Origin: Lama glama
Lineage: Eukaryota
Assembly (NCBI GenBank): GCA_028534125.1
Contig: CM052816.1
Span: 20,400,001 to 20,464,000 of the forward strand
Direction of reading: 5' to 3'
DNA length: 64,000 bases
Position 1 is the first letter of the stretch. The number at the start of each line of letters is the position of its first letter. Below the pieces are notes generated by a model. The model was not told the DNA's origin and did not search any database. It saw only the letters and a program-made list of their open reading frames with translations. The position numbers were made by a program, and so were the translations under genes. Below are positions 25,156 to 37,034 of this stretch, in pieces.

Positions 25156-26170
25156 TCATTCATTCATTCATTCATTCAACAAATACTTCGTAAGTGTCTA
25201 TTGTGTGGCAGGTATTGTTTCTAAATGGATGGACAAAGCAGTGAACAAAACAGGTAAAAACCTCTGACCTGGTGGAGTTTATATTCTAGGAGAAGAGAAA
25301 GATAATAAAGTAGAATATAAAGTATGTTAGATGACAAGTAATATGAAGGAAGATGCAGTGGGGAAGGGAGGGCAGGCTAGGAGGGAGGATGCTGCAGCTG
25401 CAGTCATCAGGATGATACTGGAGCAAGAGCCTTGCAGATATCTGGGAAAGAGCATTCCCAGCAAAGGAGCAGCCAGTGCAAAGGTCCTGTGGTGGAAACA
25501 GGCCTGGTAGATTTGAGAAACAAATGCCTTCAGCTGGAGCTGAGTGAGTCGGGGGAGAAATGTAGAAATTGAGACCAAAGGGAGTTTTATGGGCCATTTT
25601 AAGGACTCTGCTTTGACACTGGGTGATATAGGGGGCCATGGAGGGTTTAGAGCATTGAAGTGACATGATTCTCTTCATGTTTTCAAAGGATCATTCTAGC
25701 TGTGGTGTTCAGATTAGACTGTAGGAGGACAAGGTCAGAATCAGGGACAAGACCAGTGCAAAAATGTAGGCAAGTGATGATGGTGGCTTGGACCAGAGTA
25801 ATAATGGTGGAGGTGGTAACAAATGGTCACATTCTGGACAAATTTTTGAAGAGTGAGCCAATAGGACTTTGCTGATGGATTGAAAGTAGACTGTGAGAGA
25901 AAGAGCAGAATCAAGGATAACTGCAAGGCTTTTGCCCTGAGAAGCCAGAAGAGCAGTGCCACCCTTTGCTGAGAAGGAGAAAGTGGGGGAGGGGCAGGTT
26001 TGCAGACAATCAGGGATTAGGTTTCAGACATGCTTTCAATGCCTATGCAATAACCAAGTGCAGGCATTAAATCAGTACTTGGCTATGTGAGTCGAGAAGT
26101 CCAAGGTGGACACAGAAAGGGGAATCATTAGCATTTTGGTGGTGTTTATGGCCAGGGGACTAGAACAGAA
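25156..26170 (-). mobile_element. L2a LINE (about 1 kb)
   Basis: (TCAT)n tail followed by caacaaatac; gcagtgaacaaaacag; ggatcattctagctg; ggactttgctgatggattg; aatcaaggataactgcaagg. Confidence 0.9.
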
Positions 26171-27736
26171 TACAGTGCAGATATCAGGGAAATCACGATG
26201 CTTTAAACATACATCTGTGGCAATGTTTTCAGCACATAAAGGACAATACTTAAGAAATCTTTTTCAATATAGGAACAGTTTTCTTAATTTCTATTCAGTT
26301 TCTTTGTCCAATTGTGTGACTCCGAATAAAAGGGAAACATTTTCAATGTTAAGAAAAGGCGACTTACATAGACTTGTCTCAAAATCCTATTCAAACTGTG
26401 GTTCCCACTTGAGGTGTTTCAGGAGAACAGCCCAGGACAACGGCATGGCATGAGCTGTTGCTTCTGTGCAGTGATGAAAAAGGGTTAGAACTATCAGGAT
26501 TCTGAAAATAGAGTTTTTTTTTTATAACAGTGAACAGTTGAGAAAAATCTTTTAACATTTTAAATGTCCTTTAACCATGGATATTTATTTCTGTGAGCTG
26601 ATTTACATATAATTAGAATACCTACAGATTCTAAGAGGGAAAATACATCCTTATTCTGAGCTATAGAAATACAGTGTTTGGAGGCTTTTCAGGTAATAGG
26701 GAGCAATAAAATAGGAGAATAGTATCAGAGTTCAATTTCGTTCATAATTCACCAATATTTTCAAGGCTTCCACACAGATTTTTTTTGAAACTAGCTATAG
26801 GGAGGTAGTTCTAGATTTTCCATCAATTTTCTAATTAAAATAGGACTTGGAAGAAAAAAAAGCATTTTGTTCACTGAAATGATTCTTTGGATTGCAGATG
26901 CTTTATGGCGAATTCCATAGTGGTGTAATGTAATGTCAGAGCAGCTTGGCTGGTTCTTGTGCAGATGAGATTCTTCTGCATCTTACAAGCTATTTCTTTA
27001 GTGATTATCTTCTTCTTTTTTTTTTTTTTTTGTAATTGGCACAAGAGATATGACATGTAGGACACTCCCAATCCCGACTTTCCGATGGGGACTTTGACTG
27101 ATATTAAGCCAGGGGGTCAGGGTCTGGGGAAAACAGCACACCTGAGCTGCCACAGTCCCGCGTAGCCAGGTGTGTGGTGCTCTCAGATTCTGCCGCAGCC
27201 CAGCTCTGCCAGCTTCAAGCAGAGCTGCCTCCTTGAGCAAAGGGAGCTAAGGGCCGTGCAGAGCCATGACGGTGCTCACTTCCTCTGCATTTCCTTGCTG
27301 GCTGGCTGTTGTCAGATGTGAATGCAGAGGAGGAGGAAGAGATCCTTGCAGCACCCTCTGCTGTGTGCTCCAGATCAACCCAGCTGTTCCCAGGTCCAAC
27401 ACATCTAACTCCTGATTTTTGCTTCCAGAAGAGACTTCCTGAGCTGTGGGTCCCAGTTCTTCTTCAGTCACAGAATTGAGGCTGTTTTCCCAGTCCCACA
27501 TGCACACTAGAACAGATCTGGGTCCCACGGTGACAGATTAAGGTGGAAGGTAGGTGCTAAGAAAGCCATTCTCAGGGAGTTAAGCCCTGCAGCAGAGACA
27601 TCTTGTGTTTCCTGAGCACCCAAGTGTTCCACTGTGTTTCTTAGACTTTGCTGTCAGGTCCTGGCTATGCCTAGTTCTGGCTGGTGGACTGTGAATAAAA
27701 GCAGTGTCACTTCCTCCAGGCACTTAAAAGTGGGTG

Positions 27737-28718
27737 AATGTCATCAGGGAAATTAAGACAACAGTGAGGTACCACTACACACCTATTATAATGGCCGAAA
27801 TTGGAACACTGGCAGCACCAAATGCTGTAAGGATGTAGAGCAATGGGAGCTCTCATTCGTTGCTGGTGGGAGTGCAGAATGATACAGCCATCTTGGAAGA
27901 GTTGGCAGTTTCTTACAGAACTGTCATACTCTTACCATACAATCTAGCAATCACACTCCTTGGCATCTACGCAAAGGAGTCGAAAACTTATGTCTACATA
28001 AAAATCTGCACACATGTGTTTACAGAGACTTTATCCATAATTGACAAAATTTGGAAGCAACCAAGATGTCCTTTAGTAGGTGAATGGATAAACTATGATA
28101 CATCCAGACAATGGAATACTAATCAGCACTAAAAAAGGAATGAAGTATCAAGCCATGAAAAGACAAGGAGGAGCTTTAAATGCATATTTCTAAAATCTGA
28201 GAAGGATACATATTGTATGATCTCAACTATATAATGTTCTGGAAAAGGCAAAACAATGAAGAAAGAAAAATATCAGTGTTTGCCAGGGATTGGAGAGGAG
28301 AGGTGAATAGGTAGAGCACGCAGGATTTTTAGGGCAATGAAAATATTCTGTATAATATGGTAATAATGAATACATGTCATTAGGCAACTATCCAAACCCA
28401 TCCAATGTCCAGTATCAAGAGTGAACCAGAAAGTAAAATATGAACTTTGAGTGATCATGCTGTGTCAATGTAAGTTCATCAGCTGTAACAAAGGTACCAC
28501 TATGGTGGGGGATGTTGATAATGGGAGTGGCTATGCACGTTGGAGGGTGTGGGTAGGAGGTATATATGAGAAATATCTGTACCTTCCCCTCAATTTTGCT
28601 GTGAATCTAAAACTGCAGAATGAGGGAAGAAAGGAAGGAAGGGAGGGAGGAAGGAAGGGAGGGAGGGAGGAAGGAAGGAAGGGAGGGAGGGAGGGAGGAA
28701 AGAAGGAAGGAAGGAAAA
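27737..28718 (+). mobile_element. L1MC-type (L1MC1-like) 3' fragment
   Basis: ORF2 C-terminus (ggaagcaaccaagatgtcc..gaatggataaac) and 3'UTR (gagtgaacc..tgtcaatgtaagttcatc..ttttgctgtgaatctaaaactgc). TSD aaaagtgggtg at 27726-27736 / aaaagtgagtg at 28719-28729, after tt. Confidence 0.9.
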
Positions 28719-28723
28719 AAAAG
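28622..28723. repeat. (GGAA/GGGA)n polypurine microsatellite
   Basis: 102 consecutive purines at the L1 tail position. Confidence 0.95.
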
Positions 28724-29899
28724 TGAGTGGAGTTCTTTGTTCCCTCTCCTCTTCCTGCTGTACCAAGATGGAAGAGGACAGGATTGATTCCTAGTCACAG
28801 TGAAATGTGGCCTGACCAAACCTCAGTGGAAACCTGATGAGAATGAGAAATAAACGTTTGATGGGTTAAGCCTTGGAGATTTAAGGGCTTTGGTGTTACT
28901 GCAGCATTGTAGAGCCTATCCTAGCTAATACAACTCCTTTCTCAAAGCCACTCTCTTACTTTGTGGAGTCTTCATCATTGATGTAGCTTGGGTCCAGGAG
29001 GGCATATGTTTCAGCCTTGATCTGCTTTGTTTAGGACCATTATAACCCTGTGTGTTGATGACAGATTTCCTGACTGGTGGTAACCAGCTGGGCATTGGAG
29101 TCAACCTTTTAGCTCTGGCCAGGTTGGGTGCATGGGTATGCTGATGTGATTCAGTTTTCATAATTTGCATGAAATTAAATTAATCGCAGCCCTAATCAAG
29201 GAGACATGATCTTTAGTAGAAAAAACATCTCGTATAAAATTGTGTGTATTGGGTCATCTTTCATCTACCTTTGAAGTGATTCATGACTCTCTAAGCTAAT
29301 AAAACACCTTGCTGAAATAAAACGATTTGTCCAAGCAAATAAAAACCCTGACAGAGTTACTGTATGGCATTTCCTAGGGAGCTATAACTATGATAGCTGG
29401 TTCATTGCGAACTAAGTCGAAAACCCAAATACTGACAAAGCTGCAAAGGAGAAATGAATCACCATTGTGGGGAGTCTGTGCCAGGAAGCACTCTGAGGTC
29501 ATAAAATATATGGACTCTCAGCACAGGAGGACTTCAGCGGGCAGCCGGGCTGGCTTCCTGCTTCAGGTGTACCAAAGCTATCATTCACCTGGCTTCAGAT
29601 GTTTCCAGAGCTTCCCTACTGCATCCACCTCAGCCAGACTCTGTGGGGAAAGAAGCAACAGAGCAGGCGCTGTCTCTCTTAACCATGGGCCTGGGGATCT
29701 GCTGAGGAGATGAGATTTATTTGTGGACATGATGAACCCCCGATGAGTTAATGGGTTTAGGGAAGCAGATATGTAAGAATAGAGTTTGAAAAATTAAAAG
29801 GGAGGAGTTGCACTGAATCCCATCTTCAGATCAGGGTCCCCTCCTTCCCGTGTCTTCACTGTTGGTGTCATCTCCTTGGAGTGGGATGGAAACCCTTCT

Positions 29900-30210
29900 T
29901 TGGGACCCCTTACAGCATCCTCGACAGGTGGTCATTTGATCTCTGTTCAAATATTTCCAGTATCTGGGAGCGTATTACCTGCCAAAGAAGGTCTGTTGGG
30001 CAGCTTTCTATATTGAGTTGAAACCTGCTTTCGTCTTGCTTCTACCTACAGGTAGGAGACCTGCCCTCAGGGTTAATAACAGAGGGCAAGTCTGATCTAT
30101 CCCCTACACAACAGCCCTGTAGATATTTGCTTATAGCGGCCAGGTGATACTTCCCCACATACACACGTGGCTCCACACCTTCTCTCCAGGCTGAGCATCC
30201 CAGCTTGATT
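29900..30210 (-). mobile_element. CR1/L3 LINE fragment
   Basis: cagcatcctcgacaggtggtcat..tctctgttcaaatatttccagt..tatattgagttgaaacctgc..acagccctgtagatatttg..tctccaggctgagcatcccagc. Confidence 0.65.
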
Positions 30211-30654
30211 CAGAAGCACAACGTGGCTTCCTGAGCCCTCATCTCCTGGTTGGTCTCCCTGGCTTGCTGCAGGCGTCAGAGGCCTGGGGACAGCTCTGCT
30301 GTTTACATTTGCCCTGGCTGCCTGCCGAGCTGCCTCAAGGCATGACTCTAGCCCACAGCAGGTTTTGGAGCACTTCTGGCTTTAAAAGTCTCACTGCTCC
30401 AACTTCTCTAGCGTACAGTGAAGTCACAGGAAAAATCCCCTTTCAGACTTAACTCCTACATAGTTCAATGATGGCAGACAGGCAGGCCATGGTATCAAAA
30501 CACTGTATATGAGAGCTAAGTACCACTCTCCTCATGCTGTCAGTGGCGTAGGTAAGGCATGTGCTAACACCTCTTTCTCAAATGATAAAAGCTCTTGTCT
30601 TGGCCCAACGAAAAGGTATTGGTGAAGAATGGCCCATTGATATCTTTACAAATT

Positions 30655-31155
30655 AAAAAGAAACAGTTTAAGGCTCACAGGAAGTTGCAAAAAATAGTGC
30701 CTAGAGTTCCCATGTATCCTTAATGTTGCTTCCTCCAATGATAATGACACTACCATAATACATGGTCAAAAACAGGAAAACGGTATTGGGGCAGTACTTT
30801 TTAACTCAGTTACAGACCTATTTGGATTTTACCAGTTTTCACATGCAGTCTTGTGTGTGCGTGTGTGTGTGTGCGTGTGTGTGTGGTTCTATGATATTTT
30901 ATCACATATGTAGACTGAGTAAGCATCTCCACAATCAGGACACAGAACTGTTCCATCACTACAGAGAAACTCTCTCACATCACCCCCTCATAACCGCATC
31001 CTTCCCCCAGCCCTGGAAACCTCTGATCTGTTTTCTCTCACTATACTTTTCTCACTTTGAGAACGCTGTATCAATGGAATTGTACAGTATGTAACTGAGA
31101 TTGGCTTTTTTCTACTCTGCATAATGCCCATGGGTATCTTCTAATTACATGTACT
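30655..31155 (-). mobile_element. L1MC-type 3'UTR fragment with internal (TG)n
   Basis: acaggaagttgcaaaaaatagt..cacaatcaggacacagaactgttccatcac..ctgatctgttttc..gagattggcttttt. (TG)n at about 30852-30884. Confidence 0.8.
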
Positions 31156-31966
31156 CATGATCCTAAATCATGATGGTTTTATATTTTTGTCTTGGACAGT
31201 GTGCCAAGGCCTCCTGAATGCAGACAGTCAAGTAATTAAACCACTGAGTTGAGGGTGGAACAGTGACCCTGCCCCATGGCCAGTACATGCAGCATTGGTA
31301 GCATGAGCTGGGTGACCCCAGGGAGGCTCTCCTGGCACAGCCTCACGAAGCTCCCCTGGGCTTTGGAACTGTGAATGAGATGCATTCAAAATTTTGCCTT
31401 CCTCTTCTAACTCTCTCGGTGCTTTAAAACACTAACATTTTGCATAGCCTACCCATTTCAGCATTTTCAAAACGTGGGCATAAAAATTAAGAGCAATGAA
31501 ACTTGTCAACCTATAGATTTTTTTCTTCAGGGAGGCATTTTAACAGGGCTATCATATTTCTAGCTCTTTCCATAGTGTATACCTTCAAAGGGTGTGTGTA
31601 CTCTATCATTGTCAGATTTGGAGAAAAGTTGTACAAATTCAGATTCCAGTGTGACTTTGTTAAACTCAAAAGTGATTAGCCATAGAGTGAACATATCCAC
31701 AGTGATCTGGCAAAAAGGAATATTGCTTCGGAGACTTTCAACTGTAAATGAAAAAGTAAAGTAGGTAAAAATTGAGGATTAGATGCAAAAGAGAGTTGCT
31801 TGTGTTTTAGGAATGAAAATGGATATTTAGTGAACTTATCTATTTACAGCATTGCACTCAACAAGGAATTTGAGTTTTCCCCCTCACCTTTTGAGAAGTC
31901 TGGGAGGTTTAATGGAATGAAAAATTTCTGAAGCAATCCTCAAAAGTAAAAATTTCTTGGCTATAG

Positions 31967-32093
31967 GGGGAGAGAGGGTGTAGCTCAGAAGTAGAGTGTG
32001 TGCTTAGCATGCACGAGGTCCTGGGTTCAATCCCCAGTACCTCCATTTAAAAAAATATGTATATATTATATATACACTCTTGTAAAAGTTTTA
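31967..32093 (+). mobile_element. Camelid tRNA-derived SINE (Vic-1 type)
   Basis: A-box tagctcagaagtag and B-box gggttcaatccc; body gcttagcatgcacgaggtcctgggttcaatccccagtacctcca; AT-rich tail. 19-bp TSD aaaaatttcttggctatag (31948-31966) / aaaaatttcttggttatag (32094-32112). Confidence 0.93.
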
Positions 32094-32619
32094 AAAAATT
32101 TCTTGGTTATAGATAATTTTTTTCAGAGATCAAGCAAAGTAAACTCAAAACATTTTATAAATATAATCAAACGCATATATATGACTATTTTTAAAATATA
32201 ATTATATTTTAAATTCAACAAGCATTTATGGATGTCTACTTTGAACAAATGTCTCTCTGATAGGGATCCAACAAACATTTGTTGAATAAATGATGAATGA
32301 ATGACTGAATGAATGAGGATAAGTTAATAAGAAGTGATCAGATGTCTTACATTATTAAATGAAGCAAATAATGCAAACTTTAGGACAATACAAAAGTTCA
32401 TGAAGAAGCTATTCAAATCCCTTAATAACAGTTATTTTTATACACTAGAGCATTGTATTTTGTTTAAACCAGTTCTAAGAAATGATTAGTAAATATTATA
32501 GATTAGGTATTGTGCATGCACTGGATACCACTTTTGATACTTTCTCACCCAAGAAAATAGTGACACCATCTCCTTCATTAGTACTCCCAGGTCAGGCTGC
32601 AATACAGTAATACTAACAC

Positions 32620-32860
32620 CAACACTAATGCTAAGCAACTACCTTTTTGAGCCCTTGTTGAGTACCAGGCTCTGCGCTAAGCATGTCTCAGGTATGATGC
32701 TGTTTAACCTTCACCACTGCCTTGTGAAGCTATAACCAGGGTCTTTACAAATGAGTTAACTGAGGTACAGAGCACTTCAGTGGTGTTCCCAAGGTCACAG
32801 TGACAGCACTGGTAAAATCAGAGCTTGAACCCAGGTAATTGCCTCCAAAGTGGGAGTTTA
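32620..32860 (-). mobile_element. MIR SINE
   Basis: ccaggctctgcgctaagc..tttacaaatgagttaactgaggtacagag..cccaaggtcacag..ttgaacccagg. Confidence 0.8.
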
Positions 32861-33369
32861 TAGTCTCCTCTACTTTTTCCATACTCTTTTGTCTCTATCT
32901 ATTCATCAAAGCCAGTGCGGATGTCATTTGAAATGGGCCTCACTGGATTTACTGCAGCTCCTTGGAAACAATAATAATTGCTTTTTTTCCTTTTAGTATT
33001 TCCTTGATCCGTCTAAATCAGTGAATGTGATTGTTGCATAAAAGAAAATTAAGGCATGGAGTAAATACATAGGCAAGCTACACTGAGAAGTGGTCAGCCT
33101 TAGGAACCATGTGGTCACATGGACACCAGTTTCCAGTTCCCCAGTGACACAGCCTGGGGAGATGGGACAGGTTGAGGATCTTGTGAATTCTGGGCATGTG
33201 TACTGAGAGAACCTGGGCTGTTTATAGATATGTGCTCATGACAAGTGCATGCACCATGGCCTTGACCATATGGGTATGTCCTGCCCACAGCCCTACAGAC
33301 TGCAGAGGACCAGTGGCCAGCAGTGGGGCAGCCGTTAAGCCAGCCTCTGCCCTTGGCACCCGCTGGCAA

Positions 33370-33800
33370 AGGAGTGATGTCCTTCCAACCTCAGCTTAGG
33401 TACCACTTTGTAAGGGAGGATTTCCCTGACTGTCTCAGGCAAGGTTGTGTTTCCCTTGCTGGATGCTCCCAAGGTGCCTATACTTCCCCTTCTCTGTTGC
33501 AGTTGCTTTTTTTGTTTTATTTTGTTTGTTCTTTTGTTTTTTTGTGGGGGGAGGTAATTAGGTTTATTTATTTGTTTTTTAATGGAGGTACTGGGGATTG
33601 AACCTAGGACCTCATGCATGCTAAGCACACACTACCACTGGGCTCTACCCTCCCCCGTCCCTGGAATTGCTTTTTAAAACTATTTATCTTAATTGTGAGC
33701 CCTAGGAGGGTGAGAAGATGATCTACTTGTTCACTGCTTTGTCCCCAGGCCTGAAAGAGGGCCTAGAACCCAGTGGCTGCTTAGTAAATAGTCAAGAAAT
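33370..33800 (+). mobile_element. L2 3' fragment (host of a SINE insertion)
   Basis: tccttccaacctcagctt..ttgtgagccctaggaggg..ttgttcactgctttgtccccag..ttagtaaata. Confidence 0.6.
33512..33656 (-). mobile_element. Camelid tRNA-derived SINE (Vic-1 type, long form)
   Basis: T-rich tail, gggggaggtaattaggtttatttattt, then tggaggtactggggattgaacctaggacctcatgcatgctaagca..ctaccactgggctctaccctcccc. Flanks share ttgcttttt. Confidence 0.92.
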
Positions 33801-34459
33801 AATTTGTAATTCTTTCCCAAGCAAGGGAAGAAAGAAATGATCTGCGGACATTACATGAAAGGAATGAATGGAGCCCTGAGTTTTTCTCACTGTCTGAATT
33901 TGAGCATGTTGAGTGTACAGGACTCCTGGCTTTATTCCCTCAGATCTAATTCTTTTTGTTGACTTACATGTTTTTCTCTTTTTTCTGTTCCTTGCTGACC
34001 TCTTGCTACCTCATTCATTTTCTTCCTTTTACCTTTTCTCTGTTACTTTGGTCTGTCTATTTCTCTGAAATTCTTTTCTTGGAGAAACAAATACATACTG
34101 TTAGCTTAATAAATTGATAGAGCAAAAAGATACTGTTCCTTAATAACTTAGGAACAACCACTAGAAGAGTAAAAATAGAATGTGTAACTTACACACCAGG
34201 AGAAGAAAATTCAATCTACTCAACGGAATACAGGAAAAGAAGGAAAGGATAAAAAAGAAACTTGGGAATATAAAAAAGGCAGAAATAAATATTGATATAA
34301 GAAGAATTACAATAAGTGTAAGTAGTTAAAACCCTTCAAAGTATAAAGTCTGTGTAATTGAATTTAAAAGATCAAACAATATATGCCTACGAGATACATG
34401 TTAAAAACTACAAGGTACAGAAAGGATAGAAAGGAAAAGATTTATCAAAATTAAGCCAA

Positions 34460-34537
34460 TGACTGAAGCATTGTGCTGTACACCAGAAACTGGCACAACA
34501 TTGTAAACTGACTATACTTCAATAAAAATATATTAAA
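34460..34537 (+). mobile_element. Severely 5'-truncated young L1 3' end
   Basis: tgactgaagcattgtgctgtacaccagaaactggcacaacattgtaaactgactatacttcaataaaaa. TSD aaaattaagccaa (34447-34459) / aaaattatgccaa (34538-34550). Confidence 0.9.
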
Positions 34538-34802
34538 AAAATTATGCCAAGATAGAAATTTCAATATGAAAGAAATATGAATTTAAGGCATACAGTATTG
34601 AGAGAAATGAAGATGTTATATATTGGTAAAACAAATAATATATCAAATAACATATCAAGAAATGTAATGATCATGAACATGTATGCCCCTGATAATATAG
34701 CATCAAAATGCATTAAGCAACAACAGACAGATCTTGGATAGAAATAATAAATCATATATAATAGTTGAAGATTTTAGTATATCCTCTCAAAAACCAGTAG
34801 TT

Positions 34803-34972
34803 AACAAGGACCTACTGTATAGCACAGGGAACTATATTCAGTTTCTTATAATAAGCTATAATGGAAAAGAATCTGAAAATATATGTGCATATATATATAT
34901 ATATATAACTGAATCCCTTTGCTATATACCTGAAGCTAACATAAATCAACTACACTTAAAGTAAAAAAAAAA
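34803..34972 (+). mobile_element. 5'-truncated cetartiodactyl L1 3' end
   Basis: aacaaggacctactgtatagcacagggaactatattca..(AT)n..aactgaatcc..poly-A. Diverged TSD aaaaaccagtagtt / aacaactagtactt. Confidence 0.88.
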
Positions 34973-37034
34973 AACAACTAGTACTTGAAGCCTATGAAAA
35001 TAAGCGAAGTTATACAAAATTATAGTGATATGATTTGCCTGACCCTCTTTCCCCAAAACACAAAATATTTTCTTCTCATATACACATGGATATGCTAGGC
35101 CACAGAAGAAACTTCAGCAAATTTGAGTCAGCGTCATATACACAACGTGATATTCCTGACCATGATAGAATTAAATTACATCTAAAATCCTATGTCTACA
35201 AATTTAAAAAATACTACCATATATCACTGGGCTATAAAAGCAATCAAAGAGAAAGTATAAAATACTTAGATGTGAATGGCAATGAAAGCAACACATGTCA
35301 AATTTTGTGGATCATATTCACGGCAGCACTCAGAGGTCAACTTATAGCTTTAAATATGGCAGAAATGAAGAGGAACGCAAACAAGAGAGTTAAGATTTCA
35401 ACTTAACAAAGTTAAGAAGAGAGAAACAGTAAACCCAAGTAAATAAGAAGCAAGGATATAAATAAGAGTAGAGGCAGAAGCCAATAAATCAAGATAACAA
35501 AAACAAATAGGAAATTAACAAGATTCAAAGTGTTCTTTAGAAAGACTAACAAAATAGATCACCTCTGGCAAGACTCAAGGGAGACAGAAAGGAGGAGGAA
35601 ATGTGAATAAACAAAATATGAGAGAGAATATATGTATAACTATACGCTAATAAATTGGATACTTAGATGAACTAGATAAAGTTCTGAAAAAATGTGAAAA
35701 TGCTAAACGTGGCCCAAGATCATAAAACTGTAACCCTTAAAGAAACTGAAATGAAATCATCACCCTTCCAAAAAAACCCCCCGCTCCAGATGGTTTTACA
35801 GCTATGACAGTAATACTTTCAAGGAAGAGATAATCCCAACCTTGTAAACTTGCTGTAGAAAAACAAATAGATGGAAAATTGTTCACATAATTTTATCAGG
35901 TTAGTATAACCGTGATTTCAAAACTGGATGAAAACATTCAGGAAAAGAAAGAGCCCAGTTTCACTATGAACATAGATGTGAAAAATCCCAAATACGATAT
36001 TAGCTTATGAAATCTAATGGTATATTTTTTCAAAACATGTACAGTCAACTTGAATTTATCCAAGAAATGTAAGAAGGTTCAAACATTAGAAAATCTATCA
36101 TTGTGATTCAATGTATTGAGTACAAGAGAAAAATCTCATAATCGCTTCAGTACATGCAAATGAAGCATTTGATAAAGTTCAACATCTATTCATCATTAAA
36201 AAAATACACTGAGAAAACCAGAATAAGAGAAGAATTCTCAGTCTTAAGTCTGGCTACTAAAAACTTATTTTTTTTAAATGTCATTTCTTACAGCATCATT
36301 TATAAAGGAGGAGTTTGAGGCAGCCCAAGTGTCCCCCTTTAGGAGAATGGATTAAAAAATGTAGTCTATAATCTGTTTTAAAAAAACAAACCCTCTCCAA
36401 ACCACAACCCCTATCCCCCCTACAAAACCACTACACAGTAATTGGTGAAAAATAAACTAGATTTACCTATAGGAATGCAAATCCATTGTAATATAGAATT
36501 GAGTAAAGAATAAAATGTGTAATTTCTGAATTGTAAAACAGCAAGACATATTTTTCATGGATGTCCATATATCTGGTGGCACTGATAAATGTGTTAGAGA
36601 GGGTACCTTTCTATAAGCAGGGAAGAATAGCTATGGAAACAAGGGACTAGAGGAAGTACTAAAACATAAAACCAGAGACAACCCCTGTGTGAACCAATGA
36701 AGACTGCATTGAATTGAGCAACAGGATCCCTTCAGCTCTGTGCACCTGTGTATCAAAGGATGATAAAAGCTCCCATGCAGTGAGGTAACCTGGGTGCACC
36801 CCAGTATCTCTTGGGGCTCACTTTTCTCCTGGCTATCTCAGCCTCAGCTACCAATACAGCTCTCCACTGTGTTTCTGAGTCTGCTGTCGCCCCTCTTGGA
36901 AGCTGTGTGAGCTCTCTACCACAGGCTAGACACTGCCCTAGGAGGGCTCTCCTGAAGGTTCAGGGCAGTGGAGAGGCAAGGGGAGGTGGGGGTGGTCACA
37001 GCACAGCACAGCAAATTTAACCAAGCTCTCCTTC

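Larger units (their letters stand above)
27595..28932 (+). mobile_element. MLT1-family MaLR LTR split by an L1 (LTR parts about 27595-27736 and 28719-28932)
   Basis: 5' part ggctatgcctagttctggc..gtgtcacttcc. 3' part gagaaataaacgtttg..ttaagccttggagattt..tgttactgcagca..cctatcctagctaataca ends with the canonical aataca. Confidence 0.7.
34110..36750 (+). mobile_element. Old L1M/L1ME element (ORF2 endonuclease to RT remnants, then an L1ME/HAL1-like 3' region)
   Basis: A-rich. Translatable remnants MNMYAPDN (about 34673), IIVEDFS, and MNIDVK (about 35966). Many stops and frameshifts. Contains two younger L1 tails. Confidence 0.75.

Noticed and set aside
27016..27031. T16 run as the tail of a processed pseudogene
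   Set aside because: No AATAAA at the expected distance on the minus strand, no TSD found and no recognisable mRNA or repeat body.
28451..28726. ORF ending in an (EGRK/EGGR)n repeat as an RG-rich protein
   Set aside because: It is a translation of L1 3'UTR plus the GGAA/GGGA microsatellite.
31967..32046. tRNA gene
   Set aside because: It has A and B boxes, but it is flanked by a 19-bp TSD with an AT-rich tail and occurs as three diverged copies, so it is a SINE.
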